NCBI GenBank assembly: GCA_039714995.1 | Contig: JBDLII010000001.1 | Coordinates: 1-48,781, forward strand | Length of the DNA stretch: 48,781 nt | Direction: 5' to 3' | Source: Pseudomonadota bacterium | GTDB taxonomy: Bacteria > Pseudomonadota > Gammaproteobacteria > Chromatiales > Chromatiaceae | The notes under the pieces: generated by a model | The model's database searches: none | What the model was told of the DNA's origin: nothing | The model's input: only the letters and a program-made list of their open reading frames with translations | Position numbers and translations under genes: made by a program | Shown here: positions 34,923 through 45,889 of the stretch, in pieces | Layout: every line of letters starts with the position of its first letter | Numbering within the stretch: the first letter of the stretch is position 1

Positions 34923-35919
34923 CGGATACCAACCCCCTGTAGCTGACCGCCAGCGCTTCAAGTTGCATCTGCCGGTTGAGATTACGCTCTCCCATGCCCT
35001 GCTTGAGAGAGACCAACTGTTCAATCAATGCAATCAGTTTTACTGAATCGAGTGAAGGAATCAACCCCGGCAGCTCTCTCGCCGGAAGTGATTCACGCAT
35101 CTGCTCCACACCTGCAACTGTGCCTCGCAGCAGATCGAGCGTCCATGCATAGAGCCAGTCGAGCAACAGCCCGCTCTGCTCTTCATTCCATAGCGCGACT
35201 GCTGCAAGCGGCAGCTGCCTGCCGCTGAGAAGCGCCGCGAAGCTGGCAAACAGCTGCTGGCGGCGCTGCACCATATCACTCTGCAAAAATTCCAGCGCCC
35301 GCAGCGGCGCTCCCGAGGCACTGCCAAGCAGCTCCTCCCACTGCTGCTGCGGGTGCAGTTGCTGCAGCCACTGCAAACCCTGCTGCTGCGACGGCAGCGG
35401 GAAACTGACGATCTGGCAGCGTGAGCGTATGGTCGCCGGCAGTGACCAACCATGCTCGGCGACGAGAATCATATGGTTATTCGGTGCAGGCTCTTCAAGC
35501 GTTTTCAGCAGACTGTTTGCAGCCTGGCCGGTCATTGCATCTGCAGGAGTGATCAGGCAGACACGGCTGGATGAGATCTGCGGCGTCAGCGTGGCATCCA
35601 GGATAAACTCGCGCACGGCATCCACCTGGATGGTTTTTTTATCCGCTTCGGGTTCAAGAAGCACCAGGTCGGGATGGTTCCCGGCCGCCAGCAGCTTGCA
35701 GGAGTGGCATTTGCCACAGGCTGCGCCTGCATCTGTGCCTGCTTCCGGTTGATTTGCAGTACAGAGTATCGCTTCGGCAAAGCGCTGTGCGAAATGATTT
35801 TTACCGCACTCGGCGGGACCCTTGAAGAGCAGTGCATGTGGCAGCCTGTGTGCCTGGCGGTAATGCTGCAGCAGCTGCCAGTTCTGCTGCTGCCATGGAT
35901 AGGGAGCACGATTATCCAC
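34912..35919 (-). CDS. holB: DNA polymerase III delta-prime subunit
   Basis: Track ORF of 335 aa. It has ..PHALLFKGPAECGKNHFA.., a zinc module CGKCHSC, and ..SRCQ... It sits in the tmk-holB order. Confidence 0.85.
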   Translation of the reverse strand: MDNRAPYPWQQQNWQLLQHYRQAHRLPHALLFKGPAECGKNHFAQRFAEAILCTANQPEAGTDAGAACGKCHSCKLLAAGNHPDLVLLEPEADKKTIQVDAVREFILDATLTPQISSSRVCLITPADAMTGQAANSLLKTLEEPAPNNHMILVAEHGWSLPATIRSRCQIVSFPLPSQQQGLQWLQQLHPQQQWEELLGSASGAPLRALEFLQSDMVQRRQQLFASFAALLSGRQLPLAAVALWNEEQSGLLLDWLYAWTLDLLRGTVAGVEQMRESLPARELPGLIPSLDSVKLIALIEQLVSLKQGMGERNLNRQMQLEALAVSYRGLVSDEY

Positions 35920-35922
35920 AGT

Positions 35923-36549
35923 TCACGAGTCAAGCAACGGGGTGAGTATCTCGGCGATCTGCTGCTGAACCTGCTCCAGCGGCAGCGAAGCATCAACCAG
36001 CTTCACGCGCTGCGGCTCCCTGCCGGCAATCTCGAGGTAGGCTGCGCGCACCCGCTCGAAGAAGTCATGCCGCTCCCTCTCGAAGCGGTCGGGCGCCGAG
36101 CGGTTGCCGGCCCGCTCGAGGCCCAGGGCGACAGGCAGATCCAGCAGGATAGTCATATCCGGCCTGCGCCTACCCTGGACCAGGTTTTCGAGCAGGGCGA
36201 TTGCAGCTGTATCGAGACAGCGTCCGCCACCCTGGTAGGCATAGGTCGCATCGGTAAAGCGGTCACAAATCACCCATTCGCCACGCTCGATTGCCGGCAT
36301 GATTTTGCTGTCCAGGTGCTGCGCGCGTGCGGCAAACATCAGCAGCAGCTCTGTCTTGAATGACATGCCCTCATGCTGGTGTCCCAGCAGCAGCTCCCGC
36401 AATGCTTCACCCAGCGGTGTTCCACCCGGTTCGCGCGTCACCATGACGGGCTTCCCCGCGTTTTTCAGCAGGCTCTCTGCATAGCGGATATTGCTGCTCT
36501 TGCCAGCCCCTTCGATTCCTTCAAAGGTGATGAAGCTCCCTGGTTTCAA
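35923..36549 (-). CDS. tmk: Thymidylate kinase
   Basis: Track ORF of 208 aa. It has the P-loop FITFEGIEGAGKSS, ..DRF.DATYAYQG.. and ..DRFE... Confidence 0.9.
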   Translation of the reverse strand: MKPGSFITFEGIEGAGKSSNIRYAESLLKNAGKPVMVTREPGGTPLGEALRELLLGHQHEGMSFKTELLLMFAARAQHLDSKIMPAIERGEWVICDRFTDATYAYQGGGRCLDTAAIALLENLVQGRRRPDMTILLDLPVALGLERAGNRSAPDRFERERHDFFERVRAAYLEIAGREPQRVKLVDASLPLEQVQQQIAEILTPLLDS

Positions 36550-37571
36550 CGGTTGATCTGATATTTTTGCACCGCCTGGTTGTGCTCCTGCAGCGTCGCC
36601 GAGAAGTAGTGACCACCCTCCCCGGTCGCCACAAAGTAGAGGGCGTCACCCTCAGCCGGGTGCAGAGCGGCATGAATGGAGTCCTTGCCGGGAAGTGCAA
36701 TTGGCGTTGGAGTCAGCCCAGGGTGCAGGTAGGTGTTATAGGGTGTGTCCGCCTTCAGGTCCTTGCGCCGGATATTGCCGTCATAGGCATCACCCATGCC
36801 ATAAATCACCGTGGGATCGGTCTGCAGCAGCATCCCCTTTTGCAGCCGCCGCGTGAATACCCCGGCGACCTGCTGCCGTTCGGTGGCGACCCCGGTCTCC
36901 TTCTCGACGATAGCCGCGAGAATCAATGCCTCATAAGGGGTTTTCAGCGGCAGTCCCTCCGCCCGCTGCTGCCACTCCTCGGCAAGCACCTCTTCCATCC
37001 GCCGGTAGGCGCGCTTCAAAACCTGCGCATCGCTGGTTCCCCTGGGAAACAGGTAGGTATCCGGAAAAAAGCGTCCCTCGGGATACTCTCCAGGGTGACC
37101 CAGACGCTCCATGATCTGTTCGGTGCTGAGGCTTGTCAGTGTCTGCACGATCATCGGATGGTTGCGAACCGCCACCAGCGCCTGCTTGAAGGTCCACCCC
37201 TCGATCAGGGTCAATGAGTATTCGAGCACCTTGCCCCTGACCAGCTGGTCGAGCAGCATCTCCGGCGTCGTTTTGGCCAGGATCAGATACTCGCCGGCCT
37301 TGATCTTGTTGGATACCCCAAGATCCAGCGCCAGCGCCCGCAGGTAGAAGGGCTGCCGCAACACCCCCTTCTCCGTCAGATCGTTGGCGACCTCTGTCAG
37401 GGAAGTCCCGGGCTTGACCTGATAATTGATACCCGTTCCGGAGATATGCAGCGGGGAGCTGCGGAAACGCTGGTAGTCATGCCACAACCAGTAGCCTGCG
37501 GCAGCCAGTATCACGACCAGTAGCAGCAGGGTAACCAATACCCCGCCATGTTGTTCCGTTGTTCTATGCAT
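36546..37571 (-). CDS. mltG: Endolytic murein transglycosylase (YceG family)
   Basis: Track ORF of 341 aa. It has an N-terminal TM helix and the YceG core ..ILASIVEKETG..-like sequence LILAAIVEKETGV, plus DTPYNTY. Confidence 0.85.
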   Translation of the reverse strand: MHRTTEQHGGVLVTLLLLVVILAAAGYWLWHDYQRFRSSPLHISGTGINYQVKPGTSLTEVANDLTEKGVLRQPFYLRALALDLGVSNKIKAGEYLILAKTTPEMLLDQLVRGKVLEYSLTLIEGWTFKQALVAVRNHPMIVQTLTSLSTEQIMERLGHPGEYPEGRFFPDTYLFPRGTSDAQVLKRAYRRMEEVLAEEWQQRAEGLPLKTPYEALILAAIVEKETGVATERQQVAGVFTRRLQKGMLLQTDPTVIYGMGDAYDGNIRRKDLKADTPYNTYLHPGLTPTPIALPGKDSIHAALHPAEGDALYFVATGEGGHYFSATLQEHNQAVQKYQINR

Positions 37572-37615
37572 GCTCTCGCTTAACTTCTACTTTGCGCCGG
37601 TTTTGCCGGCAACTA

Positions 37616-38431
37616 TTATGACAACAGCCGCTTTATCGCCGTACGAATCCTTCCCGGGACCGCATCGACATCCAGGCGCTTCCCGGAATATTCGTTGACA
37701 GCCATCAAGCCCAACGCATTGGACAAAAATATCGCCTCGGCGGATTCCAGTGCCTGCGGCTCTTCCCGCACCTCGTCCACACCGATGCCGTATTTTTCAG
37801 CCTGCGCAATCACCTCGGCGCGCATCACCCCGCTGACCCCGCAGCGATCGAGCAGCGGCGTATAGAGACGATCCTGCTTCAACCAAAAGAGATTGCTCGT
37901 CAATGCTTCGACCATGAAGCCGTCCGCATCACACAGCAGACCCTCGCGGCAATCCGCCCGACTGATCTCAGCTGCCGCCAGTACCTGTTCCAGCCTGTTA
38001 AGCGTCTTTACACCGGCGAATGGAGAGCCTGTCGCCAGGCGGATCTTGCAACGGTGCAGTTTGACTCCCTCGTCACCCTGCTGCGTGCGCCAACGCGGCC
38101 ATTCACGGCGATAGAGTATACGGGTCGCATCACCTTGTCCTGGAAAATAGGCTGCGCCATGCTCTCCTCGGGTAATGATGATCTTGATGACCTGCCTGCC
38201 TTCGAGCACGTCACCGCTGCGGAGAACCCGCTCAGCCTCGGCAGCCAGCACTGCTTCATCCTGCTGCGGAAGAGCGAGAGCCCGGCATCCGGCGGAGAGG
38301 CGCGCCATGTGACGATTCCACAGTGGCGCCTTGCCATCGATGAAAGCGATGGTCTCGAAGAGACCGTCGCCATACTGCAGACCGCGGTCGAGAGCGGCAA
38401 CCGAGTCGCCAGGCCGCCCATTGATCAGCAA
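37616..38431 (-). CDS. pabC: Aminodeoxychorismate lyase (fold-type IV PLP)
   Basis: Track ORF of 271 aa. It begins MLINGRPGDSVAALDRGLQYGDGLFET. The position between fabF and mltG is conserved. Confidence 0.8.
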   Translation of the reverse strand: MLINGRPGDSVAALDRGLQYGDGLFETIAFIDGKAPLWNRHMARLSAGCRALALPQQDEAVLAAEAERVLRSGDVLEGRQVIKIIITRGEHGAAYFPGQGDATRILYRREWPRWRTQQGDEGVKLHRCKIRLATGSPFAGVKTLNRLEQVLAAAEISRADCREGLLCDADGFMVEALTSNLFWLKQDRLYTPLLDRCGVSGVMRAEVIAQAEKYGIGVDEVREEPQALESAEAIFLSNALGLMAVNEYSGKRLDVDAVPGRIRTAIKRLLS

Positions 38432-38434
38432 CCG

Positions 38435-39679
38435 TCAACCCTGGAACTGCTTGAACACCAGGGTACCGTTGGTGCCGCCAAAGCCAAAAGAGTTGGTCAT
38501 CGTAACGTTCAGCGGCATCTCCCGTGCGGTATTGGGAACATAGTCAAGATCGCATTCAGGATCAGGCGTCGTATAGTTGATGGTCGGTGGAACAACCTGG
38601 TCCTTCAGCGCCAGTGCCGCGAAAATCGCTTCCACACCACCGGCGGCGCCAAGCAGGTGGCCGATCATCGATTTGGTCGAACTGACACAGAGTTTATTGG
38701 CGTGGTCGCCAAAGGCGGACTTGATGCCGTTGGTTTCAGCCGCATCACCGGCTGGCGTGGATGTGCCGTGCGCGTTGATGTAGTCCACGTCCTCCTTGTT
38801 CAGGCCGGCATCTTCAAGAGCCAGTTCCATACAGCGGCCGGCACCGGCGCCATTGGGCGACGGTGAGGTCATGTGGAAGGCGTCTGAGTTCATGGCGACA
38901 CCGCCGATTTCGGCATAGATGTGGGCGCCGCGTGCACGGGCATGTTCCAGCTCTTCGACCACCATGACGCCGGCGCCGTCGCCAAGGACAAAGCCATCTC
39001 TCTCCTTGTCCCATGGACGGCTGGCTGCCTGCGGATCGTCATTGCGCGTCGACAGCGCCCGTGCTGCCGCAAAACCTCCAATGCCGATCGGCGTGGTTGC
39101 GTATTCGGAACCACCGGCCACCATGGCGTCAACAGTCCCGTACTGAATCATGCGCACTGCGTCAGCAATGTTGTGCGCACCGGTGCTGCAGGCGGAGACG
39201 ATGGCGATATTCGGCCCCTTGTAGCCATACATGATGGAGATGTTGCCGGCGACCATATTGATGATTGCCGAAGGCACAAAAAAAGGCGAGATGCGGCGTG
39301 GACCCTTCTCCAGAAAAGCGTCATAGTTGTTTTCGATCGTGTAGATGCCGCCAATGCCGGCGCCAATCGCCACCCCGATACGCTCGGCGTTCTCTTCGGT
39401 GGTCTCCAGACCGGAATCCCTGATCGCCTGGATACTCGCAGCCATTCCGTAATGGATGAAAGGATCCATTTTTCGCGACTCTTTCAAAGAGATGTATTCA
39501 GTGACGTCAAAATCCTCGATCGTGCCGCCAAAACGCACACTGAACTTGGAAATATCGAAGCTGGTAACCGGACGGATACCGCTGTTGCCTGCAAGAATAT
39601 TCTCCCAGGTTGATTTCACATCATTTCCTACCGGCGTGACCAGGCCGAGACCAGTCACTACTACCCTGCGTTTAGACAT
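38435..39679 (-). CDS. fabF: 3-oxoacyl-ACP synthase II
   Basis: Track ORF of 414 aa. It has the active-site sequence SACSTGAH, ..[11 protein letters not shown].. and ..NSFGFGGTN... Confidence 0.95.
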   Translation of the reverse strand: MSKRRVVVTGLGLVTPVGNDVKSTWENILAGNSGIRPVTSFDISKFSVRFGGTIEDFDVTEYISLKESRKMDPFIHYGMAASIQAIRDSGLETTEENAERIGVAIGAGIGGIYTIENNYDAFLEKGPRRISPFFVPSAIINMVAGNISIMYGYKGPNIAIVSACSTGAHNIADAVRMIQYGTVDAMVAGGSEYATTPIGIGGFAAARALSTRNDDPQAASRPWDKERDGFVLGDGAGVMVVEELEHARARGAHIYAEIGGVAMNSDAFHMTSPSPNGAGAGRCMELALEDAGLNKEDVDYINAHGTSTPAGDAAETNGIKSAFGDHANKLCVSSTKSMIGHLLGAAGGVEAIFAALALKDQVVPPTINYTTPDPECDLDYVPNTAREMPLNVTMTNSFGFGGTNGTLVFKQFQG

Positions 39680-39831
39680 GTGGAATACACCTCATTGATG
39701 AACCTGCAAACAGCCTGTATCTGTAACACCATCGACTCGAAAGTTGGCTGCTCCTGTCAGCACAGGGCAGCCTGGCGCGATCCGGGGCATCTCCCCAAGC
39801 AGCCCCGTGACATCATCCGGTCAGAGCTGGA

Positions 39832-40062
39832 TCAGCTGGCGGCGTTGATATAGTCGACAGCCTGCTGAACAGTTGTAATGGTCTCCGCCTTGTCATCCGG
39901 GATTTCGGTCTCGAACTCCTCTTCCAGCGCCATGACCAGTTCGACTGTATCCAGTGAATCGGCACCCAGATCGTCGATAAAGGAGGCATCCAGGGTTACT
40001 TCGTCCTCTTTTACACCCAACTGGTCAACAACAATCTTGCGTACACGTTCTTCAATACTCAT
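39832..40062 (-). CDS. acpP: Acyl carrier protein
   Basis: Track ORF trimmed to [17 protein letters not shown]...[19 protein letters not shown], which carries the DSL phosphopantetheine site. Confidence 0.95.
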   Translation of the reverse strand: MSIEERVRKIVVDQLGVKEDEVTLDASFIDDLGADSLDTVELVMALEEEFETEIPDDKAETITTVQQAVDYINAAS

Positions 40063-40213
40063 TTTATAAGCTTCCTCTTTATAGGAGATCAAGGTTGCGC
40101 CAGATTGATGCCTGGCTGTTTTGTCAAGGTTCCATCAGTAACCCTGGGGGGAATCTTAGCACATTGTATTGCGATTTCCCGGCGCGTCAATGCAGGGAAA
40201 ACCCTTAAGGGAG

Positions 40214-40954
40214 TTACGCCATATACATGCCGCCATTGACATGCAGCGTCTCGCCGGTGACATAGGCCGCGGACTCCGATGCCAAAAAGGCAACAACCGC
40301 GGCAATCTCCTGTGGAGAACCGAGACGGCCAAGCGGAATCGTATCAAGCAGCGCCTTGCGCTGCTCATCGGGCAGTTCACGGGTCATATCGGTATCGATA
40401 AAGCCAGGCGCAACGGCATTGACGGTAATACCACGGCTGCCCACTTCACGCGCCAGTGATTTGCTGAAGCCGAAAATCCCGGCTTTGGCTGCGGAGTAGT
40501 TCGTCTGGCCCGGATTGCCGGAAGCGCCGACGACGGAGGCAATATTGATGATGCGCCCGAATCTCGCCTTCATCATGCCGCGCAAGCAGGCTTTGGAGAC
40601 ACGGTAGACGGAGGTCAGGTTGGTATCGATGATTGCCTGCCACTCATCCTCTTTCATCCGCATCAGCAGATTGTCACGCGTGATCCCGGCATTGTTGACC
40701 AGGATCGTCGGCACCCCGTGATTTTCGCTGATCGCCTTGATCACAGCCTCGACCGATTCCGCATCAGTGACATCGAGGCGCATCCCCTCCCCGCTCACTT
40801 CCTGCTGCTGAAGATGCGCGGAGATCGCCCCGGCCCCCTTGTCAGTCGTCGCGGTACCGACGACCAGGCAGCCGGCGGCTCCCAGCGCTTCGGCAATTGC
40901 CTGCCCGATGCCGCGGCTCGCGCCTGTTACCAATGCAATTCGTTGTTCAGCCAT
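40214..40954 (-). CDS. fabG: 3-oxoacyl-ACP reductase
   Basis: Track ORF trimmed to MAEQRIALVTGASRGIGQAIA. It has the SDR motifs NAG and YxxxK (YSAAKAG). It overlaps the fabD stop by 8 nt. Confidence 0.9.
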   Translation of the reverse strand: MAEQRIALVTGASRGIGQAIAEALGAAGCLVVGTATTDKGAGAISAHLQQQEVSGEGMRLDVTDAESVEAVIKAISENHGVPTILVNNAGITRDNLLMRMKEDEWQAIIDTNLTSVYRVSKACLRGMMKARFGRIINIASVVGASGNPGQTNYSAAKAGIFGFSKSLAREVGSRGITVNAVAPGFIDTDMTRELPDEQRKALLDTIPLGRLGSPQEIAAVVAFLASESAAYVTGETLHVNGGMYMA

Positions 40955-41888
40955 TGATCGACTCCAGTAAATCATCAAAACCCTGTGGTTCAAACAGCGC
41001 CACGGCATTCAGCTTGCGATCGATGCGCCGCGCCAGTCCGGTCAGTACCTTGCCTGGCCCGGCCTCCACCAATAATTCGATGCCGCCAGCTTTCATCTGC
41101 TGCACGGTCTCAGCCCAGCGGACCGGCGAATAGAGCTGCTCGACCAGACGTTGGCGGATCACATCCGCATCGCTCTCTGTGGTCACCGAGACATTATGAA
41201 TCACTGCAATACGCGGCGCCTCGATGGCGATTTCGGCAAGTCTTGCCTGCAGCTTCTCCGCCGCCGGCTTCATCAGCGCACAATGGGACGGCACGCTGAC
41301 CGGCAGAGGAATCGCACGTTTTGCCCCGGCTGTTTTTGCCAGCTCCATGGCGCGCTCGACAGCATCCGCAGAGCCGGCAATCACTACCTGTCCTGGAGAG
41401 TTAAAGTTGACCGCCTCGACCACATCGCCGTCAGCCGCCTCGGTGCAAAGCGAGCGCACCTGCTCGTCATCGAGACCCAGAATCGCCGCCATGGCGCCCT
41501 CCCCGGGAGCGACCGCCTGCTGCATCAGGCGGCCGCGTTCCGCCACCAGTGCAACAGCATCGCCAAAAGCCACGGCTCCGGCGCATACCAGCGCGGTGTA
41601 CTCGCCCAGGCTGTGGCCCGCCATCATCAACGGCGTCTCTCCCTGCAGCTGCTGCCACAGGCGCCATACCGCCACACCGGCGGCCAGCATTGCGGGCTGG
41701 GTGTTGAATGTCTGGTTCAGCTCCTCCGCGGGTCCCTCGCTGGCGAGATCCCACAGGTCGACTGCAAGGGCATCCGACGCCTCTTCAAAGGTCTGCTGCA
41801 CGACGGCATGACTCTCCGCCAGGGCGTTGAGCATACCCACGGATTGCGAACCCTGGCCGGGAAAGATAAAAGCAATGCGGTGAGACAT
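40947..41888 (-). CDS. fabD: Malonyl-CoA:ACP transacylase
   Basis: Track ORF of 313 aa. It has FIFPGQGSQSVGM and the active-site sequence GHSLGEY. Confidence 0.95.
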   Translation of the reverse strand: MSHRIAFIFPGQGSQSVGMLNALAESHAVVQQTFEEASDALAVDLWDLASEGPAEELNQTFNTQPAMLAAGVAVWRLWQQLQGETPLMMAGHSLGEYTALVCAGAVAFGDAVALVAERGRLMQQAVAPGEGAMAAILGLDDEQVRSLCTEAADGDVVEAVNFNSPGQVVIAGSADAVERAMELAKTAGAKRAIPLPVSVPSHCALMKPAAEKLQARLAEIAIEAPRIAVIHNVSVTTESDADVIRQRLVEQLYSPVRWAETVQQMKAGGIELLVEAGPGKVLTGLARRIDRKLNAVALFEPQGFDDLLESING

Positions 41889-41904
41889 AAAGCCTACTCC
41901 TCCA

Positions 41905-42858
41905 TCAGTAGTTCAGCAGCGCCGAACCCCAGGTAAAGCCACCGCCAAACGCCTCCAGCAACAGGGTCTCGCCCCGCTTGATGCGCCCGTCGCGCACGGC
42001 GGTGTCCAGGGCCAGCGGCACCGACGCGGCCGAGGTGTTGCCCTGCTCATCGACGGTGACAACCACATGGCCCATATTCAGATCCAGCTTTTTTGCCGTC
42101 GCCTGGATGATGCGGATATTCGCCTGGTGGGGAACCAGCCAGTCCAGATCGGATTTTTGCAGATCATTCGCCGCCAGGGTTTCATCGGCAATGCGTCCGA
42201 GGGTATTGACCGCCATGCGAAACACCTCGTTGCCGCGCATATCCATGGTCAGGTCAGGGAGTCCGTTGGAGATGCCGCCTGGAACATGCAGCAGCTTTTC
42301 ATAAGCACCGTCAGCATGCAGATGCGTGGAGAGTATTCCCGTCTCTTCGGATGCTTCGAGGACCACGGCGCCGGCGCCGTCGCCAAACAGGATGGCCGTT
42401 CCCCGGTCTGTCCAGTCGACGATGCGCGAGAGTGTTTCGGCGCCGACAACCAGCGCACAACTGGCGGCGCCGGTACGGATGAACTTGTCGGCCACACCCA
42501 GCGCATAGACAAAACCCGTACATACCGCCTGCACATCGAACGCCGCGCAGCCATGGATATCGAGCCGGTTCTGCAGCAGACAGGCGGTGGAGGGGAATAT
42601 CTTATCGGGGGTGGTGGTCGCAACGATAATCAGATCGATCTCGTCGAACGTGCGTCCTGACGCATCGATGGCGCGACGCGCTGCCTTCTCCGCCAGATCA
42701 CAGGTCGTCTCTCCCTTGGCGGCAAGATGGCGTTTGATGATGCCGGTGCGCTCCCGGATCCATTGATCCGAGGTGTCGATCATCTTCTCCAGATCGTGGT
42801 TGGTCAGCACCTTTTCCGGCAGATAACCGCCGGTTCCGGCAATGCGGGCGTATGTCAT
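41905..42858 (-). CDS. fabH: 3-oxoacyl-ACP synthase III
   Basis: Track ORF of 317 aa. It has ..[15 protein letters not shown].. and ..[10 protein letters not shown]... Confidence 0.9.
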   Translation of the reverse strand: MTYARIAGTGGYLPEKVLTNHDLEKMIDTSDQWIRERTGIIKRHLAAKGETTCDLAEKAARRAIDASGRTFDEIDLIIVATTTPDKIFPSTACLLQNRLDIHGCAAFDVQAVCTGFVYALGVADKFIRTGAASCALVVGAETLSRIVDWTDRGTAILFGDGAGAVVLEASEETGILSTHLHADGAYEKLLHVPGGISNGLPDLTMDMRGNEVFRMAVNTLGRIADETLAANDLQKSDLDWLVPHQANIRIIQATAKKLDLNMGHVVVTVDEQGNTSAASVPLALDTAVRDGRIKRGETLLLEAFGGGFTWGSALLNY

Positions 42859-43871
42859 ACCTCTTTGATCCCTTCAAGATGACTTTCGACCTGTGCTGCA
42901 ATCCGCGAGGGGATATTGGTATGCACCGCTTTTTTGGCAATGCCGATGGCATTCTGGAAAGAGAGTTCATCGGCGCCGCCATGGCTCTTGATCACGATGC
43001 CGTTGAGTCCCAACAGCGTGGCGCCATTATAGCGGCGCGGATCAATCCTTTCGGCAAAACACTTGATAACGGGGACGGCAAGCAGCGCCGTGATTTTCGA
43101 CAACAGGTTGCGCTTGAAACTCTGCTTCAGGAAGTGACGAATCATTCTTGCCACGCCTTCAGAGCTTTTCAGTGCGATATTGCCGACAAAACCATCGGCA
43201 ACGACGACATCTACGGAGCCATCAAAGATATTGTCGCCCTCGACATAACCGACATAGTTGAGATCACTCCGGTTCAACAGCTCGTTGGCTTTTTTGACCT
43301 GCTCGTTTCCCTTGATCTCCTCTTCACCGATATTGAGCAGTCCCACCCTGGGTTTGGCTATGCCGCTCAGCGCCGCCACCTGCTCCGATCCCATGACTGC
43401 AAACTGGTAGAGGTGGTGTTCGCTGGAATCTACATTGGCGCCCAGGTCCAGCACCCAGGTCTGGGTCGAGATGTTGGGCAACGCCGTAATGATGGCCGGA
43501 CGATCAACATAGGGGAGCATTTTCAACACAAAACGCGCTGTCGCCATCAGAGCGCCGGTGTTGCCTGCGCTGACGCATGCATCAGCCTCTCCCTGTTTGA
43601 CCAGGTCTATCGCAACCCGCATCGACGAATCCTTTTTCTTGCGCAGCGCCTGGGAAGGCAGGTCACTCATCTCCACGACCTGGGATGCAGGGTGGATACT
43701 GACCCGCTCTGGAAGTTGTGGCTGCTGCTCGCGAATCGCATCTTCGAGGCCAACAAGGATCAGCTCCACACCAGGATCTGTGGCCACATAGGCACAGGCG
43801 GCAGGAACAATGACGGAGACGCCATGATCTCCCCCCATTGCATCCAGGGCAATACGTACGGGTTCAGGCAT
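42855..43871 (-). CDS. plsX: Phosphate acyltransferase
   Basis: Track ORF of 338 aa. It has [11 protein letters not shown].. and its position between rpmF and fabH is conserved. Confidence 0.9.
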   Translation of the reverse strand: MPEPVRIALDAMGGDHGVSVIVPAACAYVATDPGVELILVGLEDAIREQQPQLPERVSIHPASQVVEMSDLPSQALRKKKDSSMRVAIDLVKQGEADACVSAGNTGALMATARFVLKMLPYVDRPAIITALPNISTQTWVLDLGANVDSSEHHLYQFAVMGSEQVAALSGIAKPRVGLLNIGEEEIKGNEQVKKANELLNRSDLNYVGYVEGDNIFDGSVDVVVADGFVGNIALKSSEGVARMIRHFLKQSFKRNLLSKITALLAVPVIKCFAERIDPRRYNGATLLGLNGIVIKSHGGADELSFQNAIGIAKKAVHTNIPSRIAAQVESHLEGIKEV

Positions 43872-43907
43872 TAAATGAGCATCACGCGAGGATCACGCCA
43901 AGATCAA

Positions 43908-44078
43908 TCATCTGTCGATGACCTTGCGGCCACGATAGAAGCCGTCAGCAGTCACATGATGACGCAGATGGGTTTCGCCTGATGTCTGGTCGACGGACAG
44001 GGTTTCATTTTTCAGCGAATCATGCGAGCGGCGCATACCGCGTTTCGATGGGGTTTTCCGACTTTTCTGTACAGCCAT
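43908..44078 (-). CDS. rpmF: 50S ribosomal protein L32
   Basis: Not in the ORF track because it is only 56 aa. Hand translation gives [56 protein letters not shown], with a GGAGAGGA Shine-Dalgarno sequence upstream. Confidence 0.9.
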   Translation of the reverse strand: MAVQKSRKTPSKRGMRRSHDSLKNETLSVDQTSGETHLRHHVTADGFYRGRKVIDR

Positions 44079-44102
44079 TTTCCTCTCCTGCGAGGGTTAA
44101 AC

Positions 44103-44600
44103 TCAATGTTTCAGCTTCTGCAGAACCTGGAAGGGATGCTCCCGCGATTCCGCAGCGTTTGGTTCGTCATCACTCTGCCAGGCATGACAGGCTTCGTGCC
44201 TGGCAACCACAGGCAGGGAGAGCAGCAGCTCCTCTTCAAGCAGGTCCCGAGGATTGATAGACGCCTCATCCACCAGCAAGGGTTCAAACTCCTCACTCAG
44301 CGCCGCGGCTTCATCCAGCCCCTGAACCACGACAAGCCGGAAGCCTGAATCAACAGGAATCGAGACATCATCCAGGCAGCGCTGGCAGGTCAGCCATAAT
44401 GTGGCCGCCACATTTCCCGCAACAAGGGGACGCCCCAGCCTGTCACGAAAGAAGCGCAGATCATAGCTGACCACACCCTCCCGACGTACAAGCGAACCAG
44501 CAAGACGGGGGAAATCAGCGAGTTCTACGACTCCTGTATAGGAAAGCTCCTGCTCGGAGAGCCGCCACGGATCAACCAGTTTTGGGAGGCGCGATGACAT
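44103..44600 (-). CDS. yceD: YceD/DUF177 (large-subunit rRNA accumulation) protein
   Basis: Track ORF of 165 aa. It has an acidic DUF177 pattern with CxxC..., and its position upstream of rpmF is conserved. Confidence 0.8.
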   Translation of the reverse strand: MSSRLPKLVDPWRLSEQELSYTGVVELADFPRLAGSLVRREGVVSYDLRFFRDRLGRPLVAGNVAATLWLTCQRCLDDVSIPVDSGFRLVVVQGLDEAAALSEEFEPLLVDEASINPRDLLEEELLLSLPVVARHEACHAWQSDDEPNAAESREHPFQVLQKLKH

Positions 44601-44834
44601 AAACGCGCAATACTAACCCTGAAGCCGCCCTTTGTCAAAAAAATCAACAACTTTCAGCAAGCAGGAATCACTTCTCGATAAGTCCATGCATGAGGGCAGA
44701 ATGCATGCGCTTTTCAATCGTGGTCAGAAGACCACTCCTACACATGGATCAAAACATTGTTGCAGTAGCGGTGTTCCCACCACGATCATGCGCAGAGGGG
44801 TAATCCAAGAGCTTGAGAATTCTGACAAACGGCC

Positions 44835-45041
44835 TTAATCCCGATAGTGGGCGTCTACCCAGCAGCGCGGCAGGGATTCACCTGACGGAAAAGCAAGATC
44901 AGCCTTGCTGAAGGCAACGACGTCCTGCATCTCCTCGCCGGCATGAAAACGGCCTGAGACGTCACTCTTGCCCGGATCAAACAGCGCACTCACATCAGTG
45001 ATCTCTACAAGGTCATTACTTTTCTTATCGCGTAAAAACAT
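44835..45041 (-). CDS. Small conserved-looking hypothetical protein (68 aa)
   Basis: This is a track ORF. A strong AGGAG lies 8 nt upstream of the ATG. The C-terminus is ..FPSGESLPRCWVDAHYRD. I cannot name the family with confidence. Confidence 0.55.
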   Translation of the reverse strand: MFLRDKKSNDLVEITDVSALFDPGKSDVSGRFHAGEEMQDVVAFSKADLAFPSGESLPRCWVDAHYRD

Positions 45042-45202
45042 CTCGAATCTCCTCTTGATTTGAATTCATTCCGGTTCAACTTCAGTATATCTCAAAATGA
45101 CTCCCATGCCTCAGTTCGTGCGGAGAAAAGCAGCAAATTGTAGACGCTGCTTTGGCGCACTGTTAGGATGGCCGCAATCAAGATAGTCCATCAGGTGCAA
45201 GC

Positions 45203-45487
45203 ATGCCCAAAGTCGTCATATACAATACCGCTTTCTGTCCCTACTGCGTACGCGCCAAGGATCTGTTGACCCGTAAAGGTGTTGAATTTGAGGAGATTCG
45301 GATCGACCTGGACCACTCGAAAATGTCTGAAATGGTTGAACGCAGTCAGCGGAGAACTGTCCCCCAGATCTTTATCGATGATATTCACGTCGGCGGCTTC
45401 GACGATATGGCCGCGCTGGAGATAGACGGCAAACTGAACGACCTGCTCGGTCTTGGTGATGAAATCGAGGAAGATGCAGTCACCTGA
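45203..45487 (+). CDS. grxC: Glutaredoxin 3
   Basis: Track ORF of 94 aa. It has VVIYNTAFCPYCVRAK...RRTVPQIFIDDIHVGGFDD. Confidence 0.9.
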   Translation: MPKVVIYNTAFCPYCVRAKDLLTRKGVEFEEIRIDLDHSKMSEMVERSQRRTVPQIFIDDIHVGGFDDMAALEIDGKLNDLLGLGDEIEEDAVT

Positions 45488-45884
45488 TGCCCCCCCTTCG
45501 ATGCGCCTCGACAAATGGCTGTGGGCCGCGCGTTTTTTCAAGACCCGCTCCCTGGCTTGCGAAGCGATCAACGGCGGCAAGGTCCATCTGCATGGCCAAC
45601 GCACCAAACCCGGCAAGGAGGTCAAGCCGGGCTCCCATCTGCGCATCCACAAAGGCGCCCTGGAATGGAACATCGAAGTGGTCGGAATTCCCAAACAGCG
45701 CCGACCTGCAGCCGAAGCGAGAAACCTCTACACGGAGGATGCCGGGAGCATCTCCCGCCGTGAAGCGGTGATTGAACAGCAGCGTCTGTTGCGCGCCGCT
45801 TCCCCGACCCGATCGTCCGGACGCCCCGGCAAACGCGACCGCCGGCTGATCCACCGCTTCAAGAACAAGCACTCCGAAACCTGA
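45474..45884 (+). CDS. hslR: Ribosome-associated heat-shock protein Hsp15 (S4 domain)
   Basis: Track ORF 45453-45884. The sequence ..MRLDKWLWAARFFKTRSLACEAINGGKVHLHGQRTKP.. matches HslR. The start is placed at MQSPDAPPSM by length analogy with E. coli. ATGs at 45453 and 45504 are alternatives. Confidence 0.8.
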   Translation: MQSPDAPPSMRLDKWLWAARFFKTRSLACEAINGGKVHLHGQRTKPGKEVKPGSHLRIHKGALEWNIEVVGIPKQRRPAAEARNLYTEDAGSISRREAVIEQQRLLRAASPTRSSGRPGKRDRRLIHRFKNKHSET

Positions 45885-45889
45885 CTGTC

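Noticed and set aside
44632-44838. A 68-aa plus-strand ORF in the yceD upstream spacer.
   Set aside because: It has no Shine-Dalgarno sequence and an odd composition. The region is better read as promoter/5-prime UTR for yceD-rpmF-plsX and 3-prime UTR of the 44835-45041 gene. The small hairpins there (CATGCAT..ATGCATG, GTGGTC-AGAA-GACCAC) lack U-tracts.
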